DNA of 64,000 nt, from assembly GCA_951406725.2 (NCBI GenBank), contig OX597814.1, forward strand, positions 211,606,001 to 211,670,000, read 5' to 3'. The DNA is from Octopus vulgaris (Eukaryota). The notes under the pieces are model-generated. The model saw only the letters and a list, made by a program, of their open reading frames with translations. It was not told the origin of the DNA and did no database searches. A program made the translations under genes and the position numbers. How positions within the stretch are numbered: the stretch's first letter is position 1; each line of letters opens with the position of its first letter. Below are positions 13,275 through 27,585 of this stretch, piece after piece.

Positions 13275-13550
13275 AAGAGAGGGGGAGAGAAAGAGAGAGG
13301 AAGACAAACTCGGAGAAAGAGAAATAGAGGCAAAGAGTGAGAGAGAAAGAGAGAGAGAGAGAAAGAGAGGGGGAGAGAAAGAGAGAGGAAGACAAACTCG
13401 GAGAAAGAGAAATAGAGTCAAAGAGTGAGAGAGAAAGAGAGAGAGAGAGAGCGAAAGAGAGAGAGAAAGAGAGGGGGAGAGAAAGAGAAGGAGAAAGAGA
13501 GAGAAAGACAAACTGAGAGAAAGAGAAATAGAGGCAAAGAGTGAGAGAGA
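13130..13550. repeat. GA-rich minisatellite built on an (AG)n backbone
   Basis: Four recurrences of GACAAACTCGGAGAAAGAGAAATAGAGGCAAAGAGTGAG-like units. Confidence 0.85.
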
Positions 13551-14621
13551 AGTGTTTGTGAGATAGAATAGAAAGATGAGTGATAAGAGAAGTAGCAGAG
13601 TGTGCTTATAAACATTAAGGAGAAATCGAGTTGGGGAGGGTAAGGAGCGATGTAGAGGAGGCAGTGGATATGGACGTGAGAATATTTATATGTCAGAAAA
13701 AAAAATGAGAGAATGAGAAGAGAATGCGTGAATGAAAGAGGAAAATAGCGAGAGAGAAAGTGAGAGAGATAAAGAGAGAGGAAGCGGAAGAGAATGAGAG
13801 ATAAGAAAGAGTGGAAAAAAGCCGAGGTAGGAATTAGAGCACACTACGTTGAAAATAAGGAGAGAATAGTGAGAGTTGCTCAGCCACTGAATTTCAAAGA
13901 AAGAATCAGTTGGAGACAGAGAGAGTGGTGAAGCAAAACGAGAAGGGATGATTATGAAGGGTAGGAAAAGGAGAGCGTTGGCGTTTGTAAGAATGTATAA
14001 GAATGACAGAGCGAAGAATGGGAGAGAGAAAGAGTGAAGAAGTGAAATATAATGAGTAAGTGACGTGGGTAACGTCCCATCATAATAACTACGATGGGAC
14101 TGAAAATATAATAGTGTTATAGCATAATGAGGAGTAGGCTATGTTTGAAAAGACGAGTGAGCGGATGAGAAGATAACAAAACGATAATGAAAGATGAAGC
14201 ATAAGCTGTGTGTTTGAAAGGAATTTGAAAAAATTGGACGATTAAAGGAACAACGAATGCATTTCGAAACTCTATATTTTTGACAGAAAAAAAAAATGCG
14301 GTTGGTTATAAGATCGGTTGGATCGCCGAAATCACAGCTGTATATTCCGGAGGCATGTTGATACTGAGAGATTGAAGAGAATAAATGAATACATAAAGGA
14401 GCAAATGAATGAATGAATGAATGAATGAATCAGTGAATGAATGAAGTATAGAAGGAAGGTAAGATTAAATGCAGTAGGAAGACTATAGTTAGATGAAAGG
14501 TGAAAGGAACATCTAAAGTGAAAGAAACGATAGCGTTTTAGAAAGGAGAGAGAACAAGCGAGTGGGGTTGGCGAGGGAGACTGAGAAGGGGTGGAGAGAT
14601 AGGGCGGATAGCGGGGAGAGA

Positions 14622-14665
<44 letters not shown>

Positions 14666-15291
14666 GGGAGACAAAAGAGGGAAGAGGTGAAGAGAGAAGG
14701 GTGACATCGGAAGAAAGAGTAGAGGAATACAGAAGACCGGGAAAGAAAGAGAGACAGAGAGAGACAGAGGAGATGGAGAAAGAGGAGATGGAGAAAGAGG
14801 AGATGGAGAGAATGAAAGAAGGAAGAAAGGAAATGAGGGGCGCCCGATGGTAGTGGTGGTGACGATGGTAGCTTACGTGTCAGAGACGAGGTTGAAGATA
14901 TGAATGAAGCGATTATTTGTTTACTAAGATGAAAAATATATATATAATGGGAAGCATAAAACAAAAAAAAAGAATAATATAGGAAATACGGAGATCCGTG
15001 TATTGCGGAATGATGGAAGAAAAAAGGCAACAGGAGAATTAACTGTAATAATTCCGAAGTAATAAGTAGATAGAAGACAGAAGGAAGAAAGAAACCCACG
15101 AAATGTTGGTGAGAAGTAAGGGAAGGTAAACGACTGCAACTCAGCAGTGTGGTGCATTTATAAGGGTGGCAAGGGGTTGAGTGCTATGTAAAGCAAGAAT
15201 GCACCAACAAAATTCACGTACACACACCTAAGAATTTAAATACATATTTGCGTATATGTGCATGGAAGTTCACGTTCGCGTTTGTACTTGT

Positions 15292-15324
<33 letters not shown>

Positions 15325-15331
<7 letters not shown>

Positions 15332-15478
15332 GAAGAAATGAGGCAATCAGAAGATCAGAGGGTTTATATTTACAGAAGTTTATTTATATATTACATTTTT
15401 TTACATATATAAATAAATAAATATCAGTAAATATAAACCATGCTATCTCTTCTGATTACCTCATTTCTTCTAATATAT
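15325..15478. repeat. imperfect palindrome / small MITE-like element
   Basis: TTGGAAGAAATGAGGCAATCAGAAGA...GGTTTATATTTAC versus GTAAATATAAACC...TCTTCTGATTACCTCATTTCTTCTAA. Confidence 0.7.
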
Positions 15479-15504
15479 AATACCTGTACATCATCTCCAG
15501 ACCT

Positions 15505-15556
<52 letters not shown>

Positions 15557-15695
15557 AACTTATATATAAGGCCTAAAGTAAATTATATATAAGTTGTTTA
15601 TAATTTTAACCGTAAAGGTATTTTAATATGCTGCCACAGTTTTTGATGGAATTTTTTTCTGTAAAAAAAAATTGAACCAATATTAGTAGTAGTAG

Positions 15696-15752
<57 letters not shown>

Positions 15753-16057
15753 CGTATATGAAACATACTCGTTTTCATTGTTTATCAAAGTGATTGTATG
15801 TATATTTTCTAGATATATTATTATAATTTTCAAAACCGGTATGGGGTATTTTCATTGCACTTTAAATAACAGTGAACTAAATAATCATATACTTATTTGT
15901 GTAAGTATTCACTGTGTATACAAACTCAAGTTAATGTGTATATCTATGTGTGTATAAGGGTAGAAGTGTGTATTTATTAACATCTACAAGTACACACACA
16001 CATATATGCATATATATGCACATATATGCTTATATATGCATGCATATGCCTATATAC

Positions 16058-16102
<45 letters not shown>

Positions 16103-16123
16103 GTATGTATACATGTATATATT

Positions 16124-16570
16124 CTTTTATTCTTTTTTTTGTTTCAGTCATTTGACTGCGGCCATCCTGAAGCAGCGCCGTTAGTCCAAAAAATTTACCC
16201 TAGGACTTACTCTTTATAAGCATAGTACTTATTGTCGGTCGCTTCCGCCGAACCGCTAGGTACAGCTACAGGTACGTAAACACACAGACGTCGGTCGTCA
16301 AGCGTTGGTATAGAGTACAAACACACACAAATCTCTCTATCTCTCTCTCTCTCTCTCTCCCTTTCTCTCTCTCTCTCTCTCTCTCACTCTCACTCGGTAT
16401 ATATATACACATATACTACGGAATTCGTTCAGTTTCCGTCTAACAAATCTAGTAACAAGGCTTTGGTCGACCCGAGGCTATAGTAGAATACACTTTCCCA
16501 AGGTGCCATGCAGTGGGACTGACCCGGAACCATGTGGCTGGGAAGGAAGCTTCTTAACACACAGCCACTC
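16124..16570 (-). mobile_element. SINE family A, diverged copy
   Basis: Reverse-complement match to head (CAGTGGGACTGA..CCATGTGG) and tail (GTTTCAGTCATTTGACTGCGGCCAT). Confidence 0.8.
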
Positions 16571-16706
16571 TCTCTCTCCCTCTCCCTCTCTCTCTGAGGC
16601 TTTTACATGCCGAAGACTACTTGGTGTAATTGATAATTATTCCAAATTAATTAATTTCACCCTTCATTATTACATATATGTATATATATATGTGTGTACA
16701 CATATA

Positions 16707-17219
16707 TCTATATTTATAAAACTGTAGTTGTGTGAGTGTCTGTCCCCTTCGATTTAGATTCCTAACTACTCCCACATTTTGCGGTGCAGTTTAACCAAAT
16801 TCGGGTATCTTATAGTCGTAATTCATATCGAGCCCGTCTGAGTATTAGCGCGCGTCTACGATGAGTCTACGATTTTAGAAATAATTTAAAATCATTTTTT
16901 ATTCCATTTTAATGCATATTTTTTCGTGTGTCGATGGCGGCGGAGTTGGCGTCCATGGTCACACCTGCACCTGTTTGCTTCTCCCCCTTCTTCCCTCCCT
17001 CGTGAAGCTGTGGGGAAGGGAGTGTAAGGAAATCAACGTCGTAAAGCGTTGTCAAGGAGACCAGCGTTCTTTTAGAACAACAACTTCATGGCTTGAAGAC
17101 ACCAAAACAGAAATGGCAAAGAAAGCCCGAATTGGCATCTATAAGGGAAGTAACTCTCTAAAAATGCTTATATAGTTATTTCCCTTACAAACCCGAGCAA
17201 CGCCGGGCGATACTGCTAG
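16707..17219 (+). mobile_element. non-autonomous Helitron (about 510 bp)
   Basis: A|TC 5' end at 16707, subterminal hairpin CCCGAGCAACGCCGGG at 17192-17207, 3' CTAG|T at 17216-17220, no TSD. Confidence 0.8.
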
Positions 17220-17479
17220 TATATATATATATATATATATATATACGTGTGTGTGTGTGTGTGTGTGTGTGCACATATATATATATATATATACATATAT
17301 GTATATATGCACATATATATAGATACAGAGAGAGAGAAAGAGAGAGAGGGATATATATATATATATATATATACATATGCATATACTTGCATATTTGCAC
17401 GAATATATATGCATGTATCTATGTATGTATATTTACGCGTGTGTGTGTGAGTGTATATATGTGAGAGTGTAGAGTGTAT

Positions 17480-17712
17480 AGTGTTTGTGCATGTGTGTCT
17501 ATGCCCCTACCCCACACAACCATTTGCCAACTGATGTCGGTGTGTTACGTCACCGTAAGTTAACGGTTCGGCGAAAAACATCGATGAATTATGTACCAGC
17601 CTTTACAACTTATAAGCGCTGAGGTGATACATTCGACAAAAAATTCGTCAAGACATGTGCCTCACCATGGTTGCAATCTAATGACTGAAAGGAATAAAGA
17701 CAGCAAAAGAAA
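17480..17712 (+). mobile_element. SINE family A, 3' half, diverged
   Basis: GGTGTGTTACGTCACCG..CGGTTCGGCG..AATGACTGAAA. Confidence 0.65.
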
Positions 17713-17789
17713 TATGTACGTTAATTATTGGGATATTCATACATAAATACATACCTACATATGCACATACATTCATACGTGTATGTATG

Positions 17790-17832
<43 letters not shown>

Positions 17833-17903
17833 GTGTGTCTATTGGCGTGACTAGGCAGAGAGTGAGAGGGAAGAAAAGGGATAGAGAGAATAGTAAGGAA
17901 GTC

Positions 17904-17962
<59 letters not shown>

Positions 17963-17999
17963 TAGTTGCAATCTAATGAAACGCTTGCAAGAAATTGAG

Positions 18000-19020
18000 G
18001 TGAACATTCCAAATTCGTTGTAACATTGGACAGACTGCTTTGCAGAATCGTTGATAGCTAATTGCGTTCCGGGGGAACATAATCCTACGAAACGTATACT
18101 CTAATTTGGAGACACTATGTAATGGCATCATGAACATATATAGGATGTTCAAAAAGTCTCTCCGGAATGAAACGGATATCAGCATAGGAAGCGCTTACAC
18201 GGCAGTAAAAAAGAAATTAAATTTCTTTCCACACAAAGTTCTGGCCATTCAAGAATTGAAGAGTACAGATCATGCTAAATGGCTTCATTATTTTCATTAG
18301 TTCCAAAACTTTGTTGCTGAAAAAGGCATAGAATTGCCGGATGAGTGTTTTTACACCGATGAGGCTTGGTTTCATCTGCCAGGACATAAAAAAAATCGCA
18401 AAACACAAGGTTATGGAGCGCTGAGAATACACACGCGACGGATGAGCAACCTCCGCATCCCGAACAAAATTGGAGTACGGGTAGCAATTTCGAGAAAGCG
18501 TATTTTGGGGGTCGATATTTTTTGAAGACACCATCCACATTGAGAGATATTGCTCCTATATTGCCTATCCATTTGTAGGCCAGCTCACTGAAAGTGAAAT
18601 TAATAATGCATACTTTCAACAAGATAGAGCAACAGCACATACTTCGCACATCGCCATGGCGATAGATACTTCAAGCGTTTTTTGGTGAACGGATTATTTC
18701 GAAGGGACTTTGCCCACCAAGATCACTTGATTTAACACTGTCGGACTTTTTTCCTGGTGAGCAAGTAATGGATCAGTGTACAAGAATCGCCCGAAAATTA
18801 TCAATAAACTAAAAGACAAAATCATAACCTTCACACGGTCCATATCACGTCAGACTCTCCAAGATGTATTTCAAAACATGTGAAGAAGAGTCAACTTATC
18901 TATTGAAAATGAAGGACGACACTTTCAACACCTCTTATAAACCCTAATATATTCTGTTGTAATCAACTTATAAGTATTTATTTTGCATTAACACACTGCG
19001 GAGAGACGTTTTGAGCATAT
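18000..19020 (+). pseudogene. decayed Tc1/mariner-superfamily transposase (rosa/DD41D-like motifs)
   Basis: FYTDEAWFHL, YFQQDRATAHT, PPRSLDLTLSDFF, 3' ENEGRHFQHLL*; frameshifted. Confidence 0.8.
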
Positions 19021-19505
19021 ATATTACGAAATAATTATCAACTTTCGCAGTGCTTTTCTAGCAATAACTTTATGTGAGACCGTTTGTTGAAACTGAAGCA
19101 ATTAGACCACAGAAGAGCTCCTTTATTCCATGCAAAATGGCTACATACAATTTATATTTTTTATGTATTAGCATACATTTCAATGCACAACTGCCACCTG
19201 CCCATTCTCACAGTGCAAACATAAGTTATTCATTTATATGTATTGAAAAAAAAAAAAGAATCTTGCGTAATCACCAGGATAAGTAACGCGCTTTAATGGA
19301 GAAGTTATATGACATCGCTTTTCGAATTATAAATCATGAAACATAGGACTGTATATATGTCTATATAGCATCGGAGAAAATGCATGCTCCAAAACATTCA
19401 ACATCTGAAATTGAATTGGTGTTTTTGAAATGTACAATATATGTTAAATGAGGTTTAATCTTGGTGGATGAATTTGGTCCCAACCTCTGTGCGCGTGTGT
19501 GTGAG

Positions 19506-19561
<56 letters not shown>

Positions 19562-19592
19562 ATACACACACACACACACATACACACACAAA

Positions 19593-19660
<68 letters not shown>

Positions 19661-19709
19661 ACGCATTTTGGTAGAGGCCGTCACAAAACGTAAACAACAT
19701 GAAATACGA

Positions 19710-20035
19710 AGGTAAACGTATTTTTGCGAAGAACGGAATAACTGGAAAACAGGCCAAATAACATGAAAAACGAGCCTTCATCAGTTGTCGGCTGTTTATA
19801 GGCTCCACATTTCGAACAATTCACGACTATATGTGCCTTCGAAAAACAGTTGCTACCGCGAATCCCAAATCTTATTTTGGTTCACGGGAGCAACTGTTTT
19901 CTGAATGTCGCATATTATCGTGAATTGCTCGAAATGCAGGAATAGATAAACAGCCGACTACTGATGAAGGTTCGTTTTCTTATGCTACTTGTCTTCTCTT
20001 CCATTTGTTTCTCTCGTTGTTAGCAACAAACGTTT
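19710..20035. repeat. about 320-bp diverged palindrome
   Basis: CCTTCATCAGTTGTCGGCTGTTTAT vs ATAAACAGCCGACTACTGATGAAGG; AAAACAGTTGCT vs AGCAACTGTTTT; centre near 19872. Confidence 0.85.
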
Positions 20036-20099
20036 GACTTCCGCCGTGATTATCTTTTCTCTTCATCCGTTTCGATTCTTGCAATATGTAGAGGCGTCA

Positions 20100-20310
20100 A
20101 GGCAGGGAGCTGGTAGAATTGTTAGCACGCCGGACAAAAGTCTTTTCGAAATTTCATACGTCTTTACGTTCAGGGTCCACCGAGATCGACATTGCCTTTC
20201 ATCCTTTCGTGGGTGGGGCATAAAAAGTACCAGTTGAGTACTGGTGACGATGTAATCGACTTACCATGCCCTAAAGTTGTTGGCCTTGAGCTAAAATTTG
20301 AAATCAATAT
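20100..20310 (+). mobile_element. SINE family B, diverged
   Basis: GGAGCTGGTAGAATTGTTAGCACGCCGG...GCCTTTCATCCTTTCG. Confidence 0.75.
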
Positions 20311-20438
20311 TTAGAGGCGTTTTGCACATTCCTATTGTACCGTCATAACCACCAATCAAACGGAATAAATATAATTTGTATAATAAAGTAAATACTCCTT
20401 TTTTTTCTTATGTCTATAAATCAACTACCACGTCTTGA

Positions 20439-20682
20439 ATAATAAAATAAATACCCTTTGTTTTTTTATCTAATGTCTTTAAATCAAGTGCCACGTAAAG
20501 AAATATACCTCGCTCTTTCATAATAAAAGAAATACCCTTTGTTTTTTTATCTAATGTCTTTAAATCAAGTGCCACGTAAAGAAATATACCTCGCTCTTTC
20601 ATAATAAAAGAAATACCCTTTGTTTTTTTATCTAATGTCTTTAAATCAAGTGCCACGTAAAGAAATATACCTCGCTCTTTCA
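20439..20682. repeat. 81-bp unit tandem triplication
   Basis: Units start at 20439, 20520 and 20601 and are essentially identical. Confidence 0.95.
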
Positions 20683-21227
20683 TGATTAATGATGTCTGAA
20701 GTCTATTTATTGCATGTCGGCTAATTTTAAAGTATAAATGAATATAACGAATCATGCAATTATTTAAGAATGTGAATGTGCGTGTGCGTAAAGTACACAC
20801 AGATATATACCCACATATAAACACAGAGGTACACGCATGGATAAGTATATGTATAATTACATATGTGTATGCATGTGTGGAGATGTATATATTTTTGTAT
20901 ATGAGACTACATCTTCGAAGTATGGTCTACTTATAATAAACGCAACATCGTGGGGTATTATATTCCCATTAAAAAACGTAGTCGAGAGCAGTGAAATAAT
21001 TAGAGTACGGACACGTCCTAACTATGCGGCTTTCATCATCTTTAGCATTAAATGCATGCATGTTTCGTTTGACATCGTTGTTCCAATATACCCTTTTTAA
21101 AAATATAGCAGACATATTCATGTCTGCACACACACAAATATATATATATATATATTCCGTATATACACATATTTATATATATATGCATACACTCGGACAC
21201 ACACACGCACACACACTCACACATATA

Positions 21228-21605
21228 CACTACCGTCAGAAATTAATTAGCACCCTTGATTTGCTCTTCACTCAAGGTACGTGCTGTCACCTAGTGGCCA
21301 TATCTCGAACTATTGCTTTGTTGCGAGTTCACTGTTGCGCTGGACGATGACGTAACTTTGTTTGCAGAGCAGTTTGAGAGTCTACAGCCTTATGATGTTG
21401 ACATAGCAGTGCAACAACAACTTGGAGTGCGGATGCAGACAAATCTTCCTTTGTTTAATAGATATAGGTAGCGCCTCGCAAGGACCGAAATCACACCATA
21501 CTAAGTTTTCTCATCGCGTAAGACGTTTTGAACAGCTCATAGGTTAATTGATTTAACCTATTTAATGTAGAAATTTGAGAGGTGCTAATTAATTTCTGAC
21601 GCAAG

Positions 21606-21607
<2 letters not shown>
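21228..21607. mobile_element. Tc1/mariner-type MITE (about 380 bp)
   Basis: TIRs CACTACCGTCAGAAATTAATTAGCACC and GGTGCTAATTAATTTCTGACGCAAGTT; TA context; no ORF. Confidence 0.8.
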
Positions 21608-21679
<72 letters not shown>

Positions 21680-22702
21680 TTATATTTACGCGTTTCTGTA
21701 TGCATTTGTTGTGGTGGTCGTTTTTCTCTGAGAGAGTGTATATTTGTGCGTATACTGTTGATTATCTTTTGCGTGTGTATTACTTGTTAAATAGAACACA
21801 ACTACTACCATCCGCACATAGCTCCCAATTAGGAAACTAAAAACAATTTCATAAAGCGAGTTAGAGTTGAAGAATTTACAAAAGGAAGAATGATAATTGT
21901 GGCATTAAATCAGCATTCAAGTGATGCTTGATGCCAATTAGAAAATCACCTCAATAATAAATACATCATTTCTCGAGATTCTGTCAGATGAGACAATGAG
22001 ACACACAATATCTAGAAAACAGTGAAGAATATACAATTAAGAGACTGTAATTTCTACGAAAGTAAATTTAATGGATTATTATGGGCAAACTAAATCTCTC
22101 TGTCGTCCGAAGAAACGAAAACTTAGCACTACGTCAGTGATAACTTTAATATAAACATAACTGAAGTGTGTGTGTGGGTGGGGGATTGTAGACGCTTAGC
22201 TATAAAAATACAATTCCCTTAGAAACTTATATTTATTCATAAATTCGGTCATAAACAAAACATACATGAACACACACTCATACAAACACGTGTATCTGTC
22301 TATCTATCTATTTACATATTCATTTACATATATGCATACATACATATACACACACATATAAATATATACATATATATATATGTATATATATTAATTCATA
22401 ATAGAATATAAGGATAAAAATCACGTTCATGATATTTATCATGTAGTCAGCATGCTATAAAAAATTACAGGCAATTTATGTATTAAATTAATAATATACA
22501 TATGACTATAATTATATTGAGAGTTTAAGGGTGAAAACGACCTAACACCGGCATGATTGAAGTACCGATACCTTTAAAAAACTACCAAATATTCCAGATA
22601 ATAAGTTAATGTTATATATATATACGTAGGGCAAGAAATAATTTTTGTTCCATTTTATGGAAACAAAAGGGTTTATAGAACATTTTCACATTTACATTTA
22701 AG

Positions 22703-22736
<34 letters not shown>

Positions 22737-22868
22737 TCTATATCTATAACTATAAATGTATGCAGGTGTGTCTATGTGTCTGTCTGTGTGTATATACACA
22801 GTTATATAAATGTAAATATGAATATGTATACAATTGCAGGTATGTATATGTGTATGTCTGTATACATT

Positions 22869-22907
<39 letters not shown>

Positions 22908-23915
22908 TTCACTTCGAATGGTATGTGTATCGGTGTATATTGCACAGTAGCATGTATAGAAACCAAACGCGCTTCAATACCCATACATGCAAACGCATTT
23001 TTATAACACACACACAGAGATATAATTTTCATATCGTAGCATACACTTGCGCACAACGCAAATTCACACTTTCAAGAATACATGTATAAGATATCACATA
23101 TGATGCCAACTCTTATATACACGCAAAATCACATCTTGCATGCACACACTCACTCTGACTGTGTGTACATATATCATAAATATCCAAAATACGTGAGCGA
23201 AGTTCTTGAAGAGATGGAGAGATATGACAGCGGACTTTTCGCGCTAATATGACTGGGAACCAGAAAATGGGAAAAAAATTCATTAAAAGACACGAAATAA
23301 AATCAGGTAGGCAAATAAATACACATTAATATAGTAGCAAGATAAATAGTATTACACGTGCATTCATATATGGATTTAAGTAATTATATGCAAGCATCTG
23401 TACAGTATATGCATGTGTACTCACAACGATACACATCTACGCACTAATCTAACATCCAGTATGGTAGTTTGACTCCGGATGTTTACTATCATGTGGGTAT
23501 GGAAGAGATCGAAAAGAATTATGTGAAGAGCGTGATGGAGAGATAGAGAATGAGAGTGGTTATATAGAGAGGTGTCGTGTGAGATACAGAAGGAGAAAAA
23601 ATATAGAGAGATAGTGAGAGTACATTTGCAGTGTGTGAGAGTTGTTCGATAGAACGGGGGAAGAAATCATTGTTGGAGAAGGCGGATAGAAGAGGAAATT
23701 TAGTAAAAGTATTGAAAACATGAATAATAAAGGGAAAGAGACATCGTGTCGAAAGTAGAAGATTTGAGATAAGAAAAGGAAATATGAGTTAAAAGAAAAT
23801 AATGAGATATATAAGCTATGTAGTGGGGATATATGGAAGGTGGGAAAAGATTATATATATGTGTGTGTGGGGGGGTTATAGCTAGATAGATAGATAGATA
23901 GATATATAGATAGAT

Positions 23916-23967
<52 letters not shown>

Positions 23968-25049
23968 CGATCGATCGATAGATAGATATATAGATAGATA
24001 ATTATATATATATATAAATCCTATATATTCAAAATACATTATATATATATATATAACGACAATATACTTTATATATATATATATATATATGAATATATAA
24101 CGACAGAGGGAGGGAGAGAGAGGAAGTGAGCGATACAGATTGATAGATGAATACGTATATTTATATGCACACACACATATATATATATATGCATATATGT
24201 GCGTGTTTGTGTGTGTGCGCGCGTTTGCAACGTGCACATTTACACCATAATATATAAATGCGTTAGTTAAGAGATAATGTATCAGAGATAAATAATGTGT
24301 TTTGGAAAAGGAATGCAGAAATAAGTGCGAGGGGAATATTGATGATTATTAATAGATTACGTTCGAACATGACCATTTATTTATCTATTTATTGTGGTAT
24401 AGGCTATGAAATTTATCCTTTCTTTTGACTACTGCTCAATATTTCGAATGCACATAGATGGATGTGAAGTCAAGATCGTCGTGATTTGAATATAGTACAT
24501 AAAATGAGGTGCTGAAATATGGTGTTGTGTTAAATTTTGAATTCTTGTGATTCACCCATTTAAACTCATAGGGGAATAATGAGACATAGGCACATGCAAT
24601 GGAACATGCTTAGAAACTTAGATACACGCGGTTATTTTCTTAGAAATGAACATTTGGGAAGCAAGTAAGTATATAGAAATAGCGAAAGAACATAAGGAAT
24701 TATAGTTATTGATGAATAGAATGTGTGAGATTTTAAAAAAAATAAGTGAAGTGAATACAGAAGTTTAGATGTAGAGAATATATAGTATCGAAAGCAGATA
24801 TTAGGAATAATATATATAGAACATAAGAAGCGAAACATATATCCCAATTTTGGGACATTTAACATCCATAATTACAGAAAAAATACTACATTGACTGAAG
24901 CTTATATTATTTCACAGCGCCAATGACAGATGAGAAATTGAAACACAGCTATTAGAACTCAAGAAAGGACCAGAGAAATAAGATGATAGATTTAAAAGGT
25001 ATAAAGTGTAAACTGACAAACGAAAGGATATTGTAGAGAAGGTATGATA

Positions 25050-25625
25050 ATGGTTTCAAATTTTAGCACAAAGCCAACAATTCCGAAGTATGTTGTAAGT
25101 CGGTAACAACGACCCCAGTGTTCAACTGGTATTTATTTTATCGTCACTGAAAGGATCTAAGACGTTCCGGACGGCACTTGAATTCGGGACGTAAAGTCGG
25201 AAGAATTACTGCTAATATTTTTTTTCTGAGAGCAGTAACGATTTTTGGTGCTCGCCGCCTTGAGAGAAGAAATATTATCCGTTTCAAACTTTGCTGCTAA
25301 TCAAGTAATTTCGGGAGATGGAGTAAGCGGATTACATAAATTTCGGTCACTAACTGAGACTTATTTTATAGAACCCAAAAGTGTGAATGGCACGAAGTAA
25401 TTGTCAAAGTTTGAACTCTGGACGTAAAGACGGTCGAAATGAAGTTAAGCATTTTGCCCAATGTAAGAGAAATAATACTTGTTTTTACTACAGGCACAAC
25501 TCCCGAAATTATGTGGGAGGGGTCTAGTCGATTAAATCGACCCCAGTAATTCTCTGGTTCATATTTCATGGTACTCGAAAGCGATGAAAGGAAATCACGA
25601 CATGGCTAACGATACTGCCAGGCCA
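25050..25625 (-). mobile_element. cluster of three old SINE family B remnants
   Basis: Repeated CGACCCCAGT..CTGGT..TATTT motifs and a GCTCGCCGCC head remnant. Confidence 0.55.
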
Positions 25626-25780
25626 CCATATTCACAGAAGAAATAGAACCGTGAGAGTTAATAAAAGAGATAATAATAGTTAATAAGAGTTAATAAGAGT
25701 TAATAAGCGTTAACAAAAGCATGAACATAAGTAAGCCAATCAAACAGAGACCGACAGTAGAAACCTGTCCATTATATATA

Positions 25781-26939
25781 CTAAGTCATCCCATAAATAA
25801 TGTGTTTTTATACTTTTATTTTTCAAAATTAATATTAACACAGTTCTTTTTTAGTCTAAAATATAGTCTCCTTCATTTTCTACAATGATTTTCCATTTAT
25901 CTAATAGATTTAAAAGGCCCCTCTTCCAAAATACATTTATCTGTGACAAAAAGACACTCCTCCAGTACTGTTCTGAACTCGTCTACATAATTCAGATTTT
26001 TCCGTCCAAATGATTTTGAAGACTTCAGAATAAATGATAATCAGTCCGGCGATGCCTGGCGATTATAGTTGCATCGTTTCCCATTCAAACTACTCCAGCT
26101 CTTGGACTGTCATCCTCGCTGTATGTGGCCAAGCATTATCCCGATGCAAGAACACTTTTCGTCTTGAAACCAAAGAGAGTCGTTTTTCTTCTTGCGCAAA
26201 CTTGCGCCGCTCAAGCTGCTCACAGTTGATCTCCTCTGTTATCGTTTAGTTTGGGTTTAAAAGTTCAAAGTCGACGATACTTTTCATATCGCACCAAACA
26301 GATAACAACATGTTCGGTTTGTGAAGACCTTCCTTAGAATGAGGTGCCGGTGTTTCTCCTTCCTCTACTCACTGACGTTGGTGCTTGTCACCAGTCACAA
26401 TTCAGTCCAAAAAAGTTACATTCGTGAGAAGAGCAAACATTCACTCTCTACGCGCAATTAAACTCGAAAGTTTATGAGAGACACATTGATTCAATTTGCT
26501 GACTTTCCTGATGGCACGCATGTGTCAATGAATGGTTGAATTACTAAATCCAAGCTTCTTTGCTAGTTTCTCAACATTTCAATGGTATTTTGTTCCACCA
26601 GAGTTTGCAGGACGTTTGCAGGAGTTTCGTCTTCTAGGCTGTAGTTTCCGGCTTTGAATTTCCGGAACCACCGGTGACACTGGCTTACACTTATTGTCCG
26701 ATCTCCATATACTGCATCAATAGTCCTCGCACCTTCCGTTACAACGAGCATGTTCCTTTCTCACTTTCACTATATCTTTGAAAAAGTAACTGTTAACATT
26801 GAATTGCACTCTTTAAAACTTGAACTAAGAATAAGGACAAAGTAAAATTACTACTCGCTTTCATAGGGAGTTATCCCGTTCCTCTCCGACTTTTAGTTCA
26901 TGCAATTGAAAAAACCGCATTTTGAATGGGATGACCCAA
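25781..26939 (-). mobile_element. decayed mariner element with TIRs
   Basis: TIRs (TA)CTAAGTCATCCCATAAATAATGTGTTTTT and AAAAACCGCATTTTGAATGGGATGACCCAA(TA); ORF remnant IDAVYGDRTISVSQCHRWFRKFKAGNYSLEDE (mariner HTH); LHRDNAWPH remnant. Confidence 0.85.
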
Positions 26940-27585
26940 TATATCATTATAGACTGAATGAGAAGCATGAAGAACTTTGTTTCTCCGCTCTTACTATACT
27001 ATATAATAGAATATAAATGAAAATGTACTCATTTACATTTGCGAGATAATTGTCATGATTGCTATTTAAATGGCAATAAGATTCCTGTTAGACTAAGATA
27101 ACAAATTAGTTTCAACGTCTAAATGAGTTCAGTCTATTTTCATTATACGTTGTTTAATGTGATTACACGAACATGTACGGCCTAATATATTTAATTTAAC
27201 TAAAATTACGCAGATATTCTACGAAGACAAAATAACCAAAATGTGCAAGAATATATTTTTTTTTAAATTAAGTGGGAAAATATATATATATATTCATACA
27301 CCTCAAGTGCTGATAAATTCGGTACAAACATCTGATATACTATGAGCTAATGAGATAATTCTTAACGACTAAAAGATTAACGTTGAAGGGGATGAGGATA
27401 TGGAGAGTTACACGTGATTCCTCGAGACCCCAACATAATTTGATTTGTGTTTATGTATGATTCAATGGCACACCCCTCATAATGAAGTAGGGAGTAAAAC
27501 TTATTTTTAGCTGCAATTTTTCCTTTGATTAACTAAACAAAAGTATAAGGAGACAACATTTGGGTAGCAATAAAGTTCGTTGATA

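Noticed and set aside
14332-15099. 255-aa minus-strand ORF
   Set aside because: Complement of a purine-rich low-complexity tract with F/L/S bias and no domain
20439-20682. CRISPR-like array or 136-aa repeat protein
   Set aside because: Contiguous identical units without spacers in a eukaryotic context; no evidence of coding
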